A stretch of DNA of 64,000 bases, from contig QPGO01000002.1 of the NCBI GenBank assembly GCA_008632985.1, positions 496,001 to 560,000 on the forward strand, written 5' to 3'. Position numbers and translations under genes: made by a program. Every line of letters starts with the position of its first letter. Within the stretch, counting starts at the first letter, position 1. The notes under the pieces are model-generated. The model worked only from the letters and a program-made list of their open reading frames with translations, did no database searches and was not told the DNA's origin. Of this stretch, positions 38,942 through 51,354 are shown in pieces. The DNA is from Psammoneis japonica (taxonomy: Eukaryota).

Positions 38942-41900
38942 TCATCTCGAGGACAGCTCCTCCCTATTCACTCGAGAAACGATAGTAGGACTGCATTCAA
39001 CCATGTCGCAAGAGAGACTAGCTGCTGTGTCCAAGTTACAATCTATCCCCAGCTGCTCTTGCAGCATGCCAAGAATCCAAGCCCTGTCGATACCCTGTTC
39101 AATCAAAGGGCACATGCGGGGGACTCGATCGTCAGTGTTGGGCGTCTTCGATTCGAGCAAAAGTGGCCCAAGCGCATTTTCGTCCGCAATTGTCAAAGCC
39201 TGTCTGTGGCGGGCATTTCTGAGCTGCATTCCATACCATTCTCGGATTCTGTCTTCCTCCTTCGCTTCGATAAATGCCAAGGATATAGCAACCTCCATTT
39301 TACGCCGCACACCAGGTGCCTCCTTCTTGGTACTTCGACCAATAATTAGATGTTCGTCAGACTGACCATCATGAGAGAGAAAGTCAACCGCCTCTCGTTT
39401 GAGCTGCAATCCGACAAAAAGCTCTTTTTCCCCAAAGACTTTTGTAAGAGCCCAGCAATCAGAACGCTTGTCAAAACAATGATTGGTTTCATAAGAAACC
39501 TCCTTTGCGCTTTCGTCAAGAAGGTGGCTCACCGATATCAGCTCCAAGGACGTTCGGAGCCACGTTTGCGCAGGGATCCAGCCACCCCCGAGTCCAGTAT
39601 GGACGTCCTTTGCGTAAATCAATGACATTCCGACAGCTGCAGAGTGCTCCTCTAGAACAATCCAACAGTGCAAAGCTTGCTTACGATCGTTTACACCGGC
39701 AGGAAATCGAACCAAAAATTCACTTTGAGCGATTTCGTCGTTGCCATGAAATAATTCTCTTCTATTTTTTCGGCCGGTGGGACCCAAATAATTTGCTGGT
39801 CTCCAGTCAACATGCGCCCGTCGTGATAGTTGTTGTCTACGGGGCAGTAAAGTTGGAGCGGCTTACCAATCAGGAAAACTGGCTCAATTGGGCGGGGCAT
39901 CTTTTTTGGAGAACGTAAGTTGTGATTTTCACTGTCAATGGCGCTTTCAAGAATGCCAAACGGTTCCTGCATAATGTTGTAGTGAGCCTGAGTGATGCGC
40001 CGCAGTTCTGACATTGGAACGCGATGGTTCGTTTCTTTCTGCGCGTCGTCCAACAAGTGCTCGACAAAAGAACAGCTAGATTCAAACTCGGCTCGCTTTT
40101 CCGTGTGAGATTGAAAATACTGTTGCAGAAGCGTCGTTGTACCATGCGGATCGCAATCGATGCAAAGGAAATCTCCTTCAGGAATTCGAAATAGATGCGT
40201 GCAACCGAAATGAAACTCCTTGTTGCATCTGACTCAAAGAATATAGAGAAGCACAATGAGGGAAATCGACATTGTGACACTGCTGAAAACAGAGACAAAC
40301 AGTGATCTTACCCAGGTCCATCACATAGGAGAACGGCCTCCTTTGCCGCCTGTTTGTCACGAGCGCCCAAGCAGCCTCCACATACATCATCCTCAGCCTT
40401 GGTGGCGAAAGGCAAGCCGTACATATGAGTTGGAAGAGGCGGCAAGATCTTGCGATATCCAATAGGAGAATAGGGCCTTGACGACGAAATCGGCATACAA
40501 GATGCATCCGAAGTCGTCTCAAGAGAAGGAGAACTCCGTTGCCTACTTGTTGATCGTCTCGATCTCTCATTTCGAGGAGGGGACATTCGCTTCTCCCTCC
40601 CAATCTTGTCATAATTGGATGAGTGAGTTATCTCACTGCTGTCGACGGCTCTGAACCGATATCCATCAATCTCCTGGTTCCTTTCCATACAACTCGCAAG
40701 CTTTTTGCGACTAATGCCAGTGACACGCTCTGCTAAGGATAAGCTTGGAAAGACATCAATAACTCGCCCTGTCATGGCATCTGACATTTCGCAGGCAATG
40801 GGTTTACCCCTGTACTCGCCTTCGTCGTCGCTCTTGTTCTTGGACGAATCGGTCCTACTGGTTTTGGCAGGCTTGCTAGAATCCTGCTGAATATTTTCTG
40901 AAATACTATCCTCTTCATCACTCTGCGCCCGTTTCTTTGTAGCTCTTGTTCGTTTTGACGCACGTATTTGATTGTCCTCCTCTGTCGTAACACTAGCATT
41001 TTCCTTTGATGGCGGTGGTGATGGAGAAGGATCGCCATCTTGAATATAACGAAAGTAATAGTTCCCAACAAAATCACCGCCCTCCTTGCAAGCCTTGGAA
41101 ATGGCATAACGACTAATGTTGTAAATGCGTTCCACTAGAGAAACGTTGGGAAATGTTTTCCAAGCTTTTCCCGCAGCGCTTTGGCACATGGCAACAGCCC
41201 TTGGCCTTCGGCTTTGATGTTGGGGAGAATCATCAGATTGCTCAATAAGGCGCTCTGTAGGGACACGCGCACGTTTGGGCCGGTGTAATGCTGCGTCCTC
41301 AACAGTGACTGGTGGATCTGTATCCTCTTCATCTTCAGCGACGTCTTCTGACTTTCGTTTCGATTGCCGGGTTGTTCTCGTTGGTGTTGGTGCCGTCTTG
41401 GCTCGGCTCTTGACAGGAGTATCGGGCGATGGACTGCCGATTACAATCGTTGTCTTTGCTCTTGGCTTTTTGGGAGTACTCTGGATTGGAGAAGTGAATT
41501 CTGGATTGCCAGCCTTTGGGTTCGATGCCACCTTTGTCGCTCCCGTGGTAGGTTGGACTGCGATCTTTGGCTTGGGCGGCGTTTTGATATTTCTCTTGGT
41601 AATTACAAGCTTGGGCGTGGACGCTGTCTTCATGGCGGGAGGACTCTTGATGTTTCTCTTGGTGATGACAAGCTTCGGTTTGGATGCTGGAGGGCTCTTG
41701 AGGGTTGTGTGGGTAGTTGAATACGGATGGTTGGGTCGTGGACTCTGCTTGGCATTTCGAGTGTTTCCATTTGGAGGAGTCCTATTCATTCGTGTTGTAG
41801 TAGGGTGTGGTGGGGGCGGTGATGCCAGTACCTTGGTGTAAGGTCCGTATCCAGGTGGGGCTGGCGAAGACCCGGGGTTATTGGCATATGGACCAAATAA

Positions 41901-42411
41901 ATAATTCCCAGCGGGTGGCGCAAAGGAGTCAACGTGGGGACTACCATACTCAAAATAATGATTTGCCACTACTCCACCCCCATGACGACATGCACTTTCA
42001 ATACCATCGTAGGGATACCTCATCTCTGCTGCAGCCTGCGATACCGACTCGAAGGAACGCAAGTAAAATCGAGTTGTTGGAGCTCGCATAATCACCGCAC
42101 AGGCATGGCGTGGAAGTGGTGCTGGTTGAGGAGGAGGAGAATCTCTCCAAGTAAGACAATGCCGGTAAATGCAGGGCATTTGACAACTGCCATCCCCGCC
42201 AAACTTTACCTGCCATAGTGATGCAGTGCGAATCATGAAAATAATAGGTCTCTAGGGTGTGAGGGAGGTGAAGTTCATGCAATCGACGCACTTCTCTTTC
42301 GACAGACAAACTTACGAATCTGACGCAGTTTCTGCAAGTACCACAATCCTTCAGCATACAAGCAGTGCACTTTCCACATGGAACACGGGGTCTTGGTAGT
42401 ACCGGCCACAT
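38942..42411 (-). CDS. Chromatin protein: CXXC zinc finger, three NUMOD1-like HTH modules, PHD finger, C-terminal Tudor-like region; 1-bp frameshift near 39812
   Basis: PCGKCTACMLKDCGTCRNC, intron, KFGGDGSCQMPCIYRHC. PHD: CGGC..LLCDGPG, intron, CNKEFHFGC..PEGDFLCIDC. Three repeats of F.S/N..A/V.....I..AC..GG....YF.Y. Confidence 0.8.
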
Positions 42412-42899
42412 TTGGCTCTCCTAGCAACCCTGTGTGTTGTGTTACTTTGTTTTGCTTCACGGGAAAGCTGCTCTCTCTAGAGTACCGTAGCTATGAGAGT
42501 AGAAAGGCGTGCGTACAGTATGGTACAGTACCGGTATGTCGTATTCCGGTATTTATCGTTGCGTTGTCGTATCGTCGCGTCTTCGACACCGTGAATAGCT
42601 TGATGATGCATGGTCGGATGTGCTTTTGGGTGCTGGCTGTCTGCATGCTGGGGGACGTCTTCGGAAGTGAGACTGTCGAAGAAAGTTACGTAGAATTTGT
42701 ACTAAAACAGTCTGTCAATCAGTGCGATTGGGTATTTGGGACCTCTGGACAGATCCTACGTGTTTTCTTGCGCGTACAAAATGTACTGGGAAAACCCCCA
42801 AACGCACTGGCGATCAGACCGCCTTCGACGATCTCACTTCCAAAGACGCCCCCCAATGCGCTGCGTGTGGGGTGTAAAAAGAGGGCACTGCTGGCCCCC

Positions 42900-45800
42900 T
42901 GCAAAGCAGCCTCTTTCAGCACAGTTTGTGGGGCAACAAGCGGTGGCAGCAGCAGCACATCAAAGCTCTGGTGGTGTGAAATGCTGAGAGAAGCAACACC
43001 AAGTTGTGCAAGACTGCATGTTTCATGTGGAAGGATGCCAGCAAGTGCAAAAAGTGCGGCAGCATGCTCTCAGTGGAAAAGGGCAAGATCAAGCCAACAA
43101 GCTGTGTGAGTGGTGAGCAGAAGACAGCGCACAAGCACAAAGCAACTGTCGCAAAAAAACAAAGTCCAACAATAAGGTCCATGCCACAGAGAAAGCAGTT
43201 GACACTGAGCAACCTGCCTGCTCAAGCCAATGCCAAGCTGGAGACCAAGCTCAAGGACTTAAAAAGGCCGGGCATGAAACCCACAGGAACGCAAGAGGCT
43301 TGTGCAGGTGCCCAGTTTTGGGCACAAGGCTTGCAAAAAACCTCCAGCTGAGGAACAAATGGCTGCACCCATGCACAGGAGCAGGGTCCAGTCTGAGGGC
43401 AATTGGGCGGCGACAGAATGTCCAGCAGCACTGTGAAAATTGTGCAAACATTCTGCGCGAGCTTGAGCCCTGCATGACAATGGCCACTTTTGGTGCCATG
43501 TGGCTTCTGCGCCACCCCTTCATGCAAGTTGTGCCAATTTTGCACAGTGTCACTCCAGCTGGGTCATGTTTGTTTGTGCAGAACTTGAGCAGCCAACTGC
43601 GGGCGTGGTGCAAAGGGCCAGCATGCTTTCAGTGCAGCATGCTTTGGCATGATTTGCTGCACCCCATCCAGAATTGCATGCTGCAGCTGCTCCTGTGATG
43701 AGATCAGTCAAGCAATGGAAGCAACCAAGCCAGAGCATTGCTTGGACTTCTTGTACACAAAAGCGCCACATTCACAAACTTGAAGCACCGTGGCTGGCAC
43801 ATCTGGAATTTGTCCTGAGGTCAGTTGCCCTTTTTGTCACAGGTTTCAATTGTGTGAGCCAAAATTTTCCTCTTGTCATTTGATGAGCAGATCAGTTTCT
43901 GCTTTCTGTTGTGCTCATGCCACCACCTGGCACAATGGTCAATGGACAAAATTGAAAAATTCTGCTCTCACAGCATGTTCTTGTTTCTCCTTCACAGAAA
44001 GGACACATGAAACATTTGACAAAAAAGTGAACTTTTTGCAGCCAGAGCTTGCCCACTTGTTGAAGTTTCTTTTCAGAGTTGTTGGAAAAACATGTCACTT
44101 GGCCCATGTTGTCAGCCACAAGTGTTTGTTTTGCCTCACATTTTTTGAAGTGTCTGTGCAATCCATTGGCCATTCTCTCTAAAGTCTGCAGCCAACTCTG
44201 GGTGGTTGAGGGATCCTGTCTCGCAGAGCCTGTTGACTTCATGGCACACAACTGCTTCTCATGTGGTGGATTTTTTGCTCCACTTTCTGAAGAGCATTTA
44301 ATCAAGCAACATCTCTTGCTCAAGCAAAGGCATGCACAGCTGCTGTTGCTGTGCATTGCATCTGGGCCTTTTGTCTGACATGCCATCTTGGTCACAGTTG
44401 CTGCATGCTTGCACTCACATTGAAGCACCAGCAAATTTTCTAGGAGAAATGATGTGTGCACTGCAGAGCCAATGTTTTGCATCACAGAACATCAGCACTG
44501 GCTCTAGCTGGGCCACTCAATGGCCTTTCCAGGAATGTCTTGTCCAGCCCACATCCCCCAGCAATGTCAAAAATGCACCAGCAGGAGTGTCTCAGACTTT
44601 TTCATGTGACCCCCTTTCTGCTTCAGCCATTTGGTGCATGTGCACAAGCTGTTGCAGTCACGCAATTTGCTGCCACATTGGCCGTTGCAAATTTTTGAAC
44701 ACAACATTGTGCCTCACAACAGCTGGCTTCAATGTCTCTCCAGTTGGTCATGAAATGCAGCATCTGCAGCATTTTCATCAAGTGGACTGAATTTTAGAAT
44801 TCTTGTCATCTTGTGTGTGCTGGCATGTGCTGCAAGGTTGTGGTGCACATCACTGCCATCGTTGAGCAGCAAAAGTTCTGAAAAATGCTTGTGGTGTACA
44901 TTTTCAACTGCACGAGGAGCAATGTCCTGCAACCACTTGGTGAATGGCACAGAGAACCAGCAGAGAGCAAGCAATGCTGGCATTCTGTGGTGCTGGCATG
45001 GCCAGCCAACTGAGAAGCATCTGCACATGCACGGGGCAACGTTGCTGCAACACCTGCACAGGAATGGGGTCCAAGCACTCAGACAGTGACAGATGAGTCC
45101 AGCACCATGGGAGTTGCAAGAACATTCTGTGCACAACTCACAGCCATGCATGAGGCAGCAAAACCACATTTGATGCTTCCTGTGCAAATCCATCCCCTCA
45201 CACAAGATGCGCCAATTGCGGGTGAACATCTGGGTCATGACTTGCCTGTGTGAAACTCCTGTGGGCAATGGCAGGCTTGCAAGGTGCTTTCACATGATCA
45301 GCTGCCCCTGCTGGTGGGTGCCAGCCTGCAGATGCAGGACGGCAGCCTTGCTGTGCAATCCAGGGTTGCTCGCTGCACAGTGGCACAAGATTGTCATTGT
45401 CCAAACCAACTGGCACTGCACACAATTGTTCAGGCAAACAACTCTTGGCAAACACCCATCCACTCCAACTCATCAGCTGGAGCTGCTGCTGATGACATGG
45501 CCAGCAATGATCTGGGCTTGTGTTTTGATGCTTGTGGTGCCACTGGCACCAATTTTGTCGTGCACACCAAGCAGCACAAACTTTTGAAAGATGCACCAAT
45601 CTGCACAGCTGCCACTGCATGGGGTGTGGGTTGACCCAAAGTCAGGTCAAGAACCTCTCACCTGCTGTGCCAGCCCACAAGACCACTTTAAAGCCAGGTG
45701 AAATTTTGCTCTGGTGCCCCAGCCAACTGTGTCCAAATGGTTTGAGGCTGTTCTGTGCCAGTTTGACAAGAGCAGTGCTCCTCACTCATCCACTCTCTTC

Positions 45801-46700
45801 CCCAGCTCAAAAGTCACAACCCTGCTGCTGCTGCTGCAACCAGAGGGAGTTTACCAGCTGGCATTTGAATTTGACAAACCTGCTCATGTGGATTTGGACA
45901 ATCTGTCATCATGACTGGAGCTGACATTGCTGCCAAAGTGGGAGCCCTTGTTGATGCTTCTTTTCTGCAAAAGGAAGGAGATGTCCAAAGTGATGGTGGC
46001 ATGGAATGAGGAGGATGGTTGCACCCCAGAACAGATCAGGGAAGGCAAGAACCCAAATGTGGTTGGCTGTCAAAAGAAAAAATGTCATTTGGGTGGAAGA
46101 AAATGGCCACCAACTTCAAAATGAAAAAGCCAAACAGGTCTTGTCACTTGACTGCGACACAGAGTCAGGAGCCTCCATCATGGGCAATGACAAGAATTTC
46201 ACAGCCAGTGTGGTGTGGAAATGGTGGAACAGACACAGGTGCGTGCCGACCTTGTGGTGGCTTGGGACAAAACCTGGATGCCCATGGAGCGCGGTCAATG
46301 AGATTGCAATGCTGTTTGTCCAATGGATTTATCCGGTCAGTTGCCCGGCAGTTGGAGGCACGATGTTTGAAGAAGTTGCGAGAGGCACACGATGCATCCA
46401 GTTTCCAAGAGCATCTCTTGACGATCGCCTGGACAGGATGTGCGATGCAGAAGCTGACATGCCATTAGAACCAGAATAGATGTGCCAAGCTCAGCCGTGC
46501 CTGAACTTCGCCTCTAATCCCGTCAGCATCAAATTGTCTCCTCCCCTTCAGCACCGACATGGAGGTTGAAGGCCTTCTCTTCTTTCCCTGTCCTCATGGG
46601 GTTTGGTCGATTCCGACTGCTAAACCGCCTGTGCATTGATTGGGCTTCTCATGGGCTTTAGAACTGACTGGTTGGAGAGCGGACGTGTGCCTCCAACGAA
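42900..46700. repeat. Decayed TE remnants, TpA- and CpG-depleted
   Basis: About 12 TpA in 42900-46340, junk Cys/His-rich ORFs. Family not identifiable. Confidence 0.6.
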
Positions 46701-47038
46701 ATTAAAGTGAGTGTGACCGCATTTCCAGACCTTGACGGGGAATGAGAGGAGCTCGGTCAAATCGGATGAAAAGCAACAGGTCAACGCATCGCAGGGTGTC
46801 TGGGATGACCAGTCCCATCCAAATGAGGCATGTGCCGTGCCTTGACCAATTCATCCCGTAACCACTGCAGATTTTCTCGATGCCATTGACGCGTTTCTGT
46901 TTTGCTGACAAATTTCGAAGCTCTTTGCCGCCGTCCGTTTGGGAGAATGACAAAGCGTAGTCATTCATTGGCATTTTGGCATGCACGACGGCATCCGATC
47001 ACAGCGATGTTCCCAACATACGGACACACCGCAAAAAT

Positions 47039-47990
47039 CTAGCGCGTGCATCTCCAGCAAATCTCGTTCTGTGCATGCGAGCCATCCAGGCTGCTCCGAT
47101 GCACTTCTTGATTTCCTGCCTCGGGCATTGTGCATCTCCGACCTGCATGCGTGCTCTCAGCAAACTCAACAGCGACATCCCGTGCTTGGCATGCCTGAAA
47201 CGAAGCTACCACCAACCCCCATGTGGCAATAACCAGCACAGACACGCACCCTGCAAACGCGTCAGACTTGCAAATTCCTCCTGTTTCCACTGTCTTCCCA
47301 AACACGTCCACTCGGAGCATCTCACGCTCCCATGCCAAGGGAACTGTCCCCGTCCAAATTGCGAGCGTCACCGCATCAACAAGCAAGAGAGCGACCAACG
47401 GCGCCATTGGGTTTGTGAAATGTTTTGTTTGTCTGCCATGTCATGCTGAATGACGCAGAAAAGGCAAGAGCAAAACCAAGGATGAACAGCTAAGGTGTGC
47501 TTTGACATGCAAGGTCACAACCAGCTTTGCTCTCAATTTTGTCATCGAAACTCAAAGGAAGGACACATGCAAGATTGCGCAACCGAAACATTGCATGAGC
47601 CCTGTCTTCACTTTATGTGGCAAAACACAGACGGCTGTTGCATCATACAGCACCGCATGTGAAAAGCAAGAAAATGGACTGTGACGCCTTGACGACTCTG
47701 CCCATTCTGCAGCGGGTGGTCCAGACCCCGAATGCAATGAGAAAGAAGAATTATGATGGCGGAAAGGGTAAAGCCAAGGCCACGCAGCACCCCGTTCAGG
47801 CAGCTGTAATCCACCTGGACCTTTGGCAGAGGCGGAGACATGTTGGTTGTTCCATCGCAGTAAACACATGGGGCCAAACTACGCCACGTTCCCATCTCGA
47901 ATGATGTCTGCCCGACAGCATCAAACATGACATTTTCGGTTTCAGTGTCTTTTTGGCAATGAAGTTGAGCAACTGGTAGCATGCGTGGTC
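47039..47990 (-). pseudogene. Class C (GABA-B-like, 7tm_3) GPCR fragment
   Basis: LAIWTGTVPLAWERE..VETGGICKS..QACQARDVAVEFAES and LRGLGFTLSAIIILLS, broken by frameshifts and stops. Confidence 0.65.
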
Positions 47991-48559
47991 AAATCAAGAA
48001 TCCCTGTTGTCGGGTCAATGGAAAGGACCCTCAGCACCCACAAACCTTTGCATTGACAGGATGCTCTTAATGGGAGACGCCGTCAAAGTGAGTGACGGTG
48101 TCTGATGCAGCACAAGCAGCCAATCCCATGGAGATTGTGGAATCATGCAGAAAGATCCCCAGATCTGGAGACTTGAACATTCTTTCGACTGAAAGCTGAT
48201 CTCCACGTGATCGGGATGGTTCTGGAGCTCTTACATTCGAAACCAATGCATCTAGCGCACGAGTTCCTGGCATCCTGGCTGGACAAAGAGCGTGGAACTT
48301 GTTCCACGAGCCACTTGCAGGATGTAGGCATCTGAGAAAAATCCAGACACAGTCAGTTCCAGCAATCCCCTGGCGACAGCAAACCAAGAGTGTCAGGTGG
48401 TTTACCGGTGGCAGCTTCTAAGAGAGAGATTCCGCCTGGAACGTCGCAGCAAGTGTTGCCCCATGGTTGTGTGTGTGGTGGTTTGTGTGGTTTGCCTCGT
48501 ACAGTGCTGCACTGCACAAAGTGCGAAACAGCGATCAACATTGTGCAAAAAACATGTCT

Positions 48560-48805
48560 CTCCTCGCACTCAAGTTTAGATGGAGACGGACTGACTCAAA
48601 CCGACCTCGCTCGATGACTGTGACCTCTCGCTGGATCCGCGACGGAAGTGGGGCACTTCCGACTCAAGATGACTCGGTCTAGTCTTCTGACTGTGACCGG
48701 TCAAACTTCGGTTTTCTTTTCTCTCACTTTTCCAGCTTTGTTGGAACAGGAACCCTGATCATCGTGACTGGATCACTCAAGCTCGGAAAAGCATTCTTCT
48801 TTTTA
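48560..48805 (+). repeat. Split direct repeat A1 (246 bp)
   Basis: Aligns ungapped to 57006-57251 with differences at 4 sites. Confidence 0.95.
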
Positions 48806-48817
48806 GTCTCCCTCATC

Positions 48818-51282
48818 ATGTCGGATTTCTTCGCCTCGGGTATCTCGGATGATGCGTTCGTTGATTTAGCTCGTCAACTGGAGTCGGATGTTGTCTCGCC
48901 TTTCTCGTCGAGCTCTCCGGCGGCTCCCTCTCCTCAGGCTCGCCCCTCTGGGGCTGCGCGTCAGGGGGGGGGTCACGAGGGCTTAAATCCTCGAGGCACA
49001 AGCGATGACATTTCGGGGGGTTGTGGTCATCCCCAGTCGGACATTGACAGGGCAGAGTTGGGGGAAGTCATTTCCCACCCTCCAGGAACTCACGTTTTGG
49101 AAGGAGACGCATCCCGCCCGGTTCAGAGGGAAACCCGCTCGTCTCGGGTTGGTTTCTTTGGGCGGGATTTGTCAGGTGACATCGGAGGCACGGTCGAGTC
49201 GGAGAGGGAAGGTGCGTCTTCTTCATCCTCGCATGTGCCTCGTCATTGAATCACCTGGCTGGAGGCTGTTGGGGCACCCCGGTGCTTGGGGATCAAGGGC
49301 GGGGAGGAGCCACCTTCTGTCTCAAGAAGGCAAGCGAGTGCAATGTGAGGCACAAGGGTGGCAAGATGAGCATTCCGGCGTCGGGTGTGGCAGTGATCCT
49401 CAAGTCCCCGGACACGGGTTTTTGTCAACCCATCCTAAGCGGTGGGAACATGTCTGGTGGATTGTTGGTCAAGTGGGAAGCCGAGTCGGATGCGCCAGCC
49501 GGTTGGCGGCAGAAATTCTTGGTGCTGGGCAATGGTGAACCTTTTTCCACCAAGGACGAGGTCGAACCCGCCCTGAGGGAGTGTGAAAGGGCGGCCGAGT
49601 TCAAGACACTGGCTCGGAAGCAGTGGCCGGAACCGTCAACCCTTCAAGAGGATGCCGTGCTGGAGGGGTTCACGCCATGCGAGAAACGAATGCTCTCCAC
49701 CCCGGCGCAGTTCCCAGCGGCAAACAAAAGTCCGTCCGCGTTGGCCCGTGTGGTCCAGTCGACCGAGGATGGGTTGAGGCAAGCCGGGGAAGTGCTGGCC
49801 GACTTTGGCGACAAAGCTGGCAGGCGATTCCACGCTGCGGAGTCTGTGATTGAGATTCTGAGCCGGAAGCTGGATCAGCTCGACGCGTCTGTCGGGGAAC
49901 CGACCCAGGGGTTTGATGGGGCTCTTCTTGCCCCTGCTCTTTGGGGTGCGCTGGCAAACGTTGCATCCCGGGAAGCCGGAACCCAATCTCCGGGCCCAGT
50001 CGAGCATGTCACACAAGTGGAGACGGGGTGGCGAAGCCAATCTAACAATCTGGTGAGAACTTTCAACGAGAAGTTCCAACACATGCAAGATCGGATGGGA
50101 TCGACGGCTGGCCGCACGGATCTGGAAAACCTGAAGAACAATGTGCTTCGGGTGTGCACACAGCTCACTTCAAAGGTCAGGTCAATCAAGCCCCAGTTTG
50201 GTTCGGGGTTTGCACCTCACGGCGCTTCATTCGATCAAGGGTCCGTGGAAGCAAGGGTCACACGCCTAGACCGCGCTGTGAGTGAGTTACGTGCAAAGTC
50301 AGACAAGTCTGCCATTGAGTTCTCAGGGGTTGGCGCATCATCCTACGAGGAGTGTCAAGCCTGGATGACACAGCCTTTCCCCTCGAGGGCATGCGGGTGC
50401 TCAACTGATGTCGTCTTGCTCTTGGACCGAATTAAGGGGATCGAGCCCACCGCTCTGCATCACTTTTTGTCTCAGTGGGCCAAGCGAATGAGTGCGAACA
50501 TCGCTGCCGAGGAAGACGCGTGAACTCTGGCGGGTTTCCAGTGTCGCATGCCTCGGATCTTCGACTCAGGATCTGTGAAGTCGTCTCAGACCTTGGGTTT
50601 GCACCCCTCTCACTTGGACAAAATCGAGACCCACGAACACTGGTCTTCGGGGAATGTCGGAACAAAGCACTTCATCGAGGGGAAGATCGCCACAATGGAG
50701 AGCGACATCATGGAAGACATTGGCCAACGCATCAGACCGGGAACATTTGAAAGTCAGGTGGTCCGGGACGCATTGTCGAAATCGGTGGCATTTCTTCGGG
50801 CGCTAATTCAGTTTATGGACTCTACTTGTGCATCACTCACCGACCTGAGCAAGTTCTCCAAGAAGCAAGCGTGGTCCTTGATGACTAAATTGACTCACCG
50901 CATTTTCGAGGACATCCACAAGGCGCGCTCCGGGGTTTTTACCTCCATTTCCGGGACGGACCCAGATGCAGTGTGCAGCAAGATTTTGTGGGCGGTGTTT
51001 TGGACCCACGATGTTGTGGCAGAGCACACCTCTCTAGGATTTACCGACCACCCTTCTATGGCGTCGGAACACGTCAAGTTTCTGGCCACAAACTCGGGAT
51101 TCGAGGTGGCAACTGATTTGCAATCTTCGGTGCTGACGCTAACGGAGAAAGCCAAGAATGCCAGCTCAGAGGCTGAGTCAGCCCAGGCCCGAGGCGACTC
51201 GGCGCACGTCGAGCTGGGCAAATTGCGAACGGAAATTAAGGACCTGACTCGTCGGCTCAAGGCTTTGGAGAGCAAGAAGTGA
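48818..51282 (+). pseudogene. ORF1 (gag-like) of the YR retrotransposon, disrupted
   Basis: ATG 13 bp after A1. A frameshift before 49246 and an in-frame TGA at 50521-50523. Cys/His knuckle-like FCLKKASECNVRH and C-terminal coiled coil. Confidence 0.7.
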
Positions 51283-51354
51283 AATTCATGGGGAACGGAG
51301 GATGCGGGGGAGGGCCAGGTCTCGTTCGACAGGCCGAATAACCTGAGGCACATC

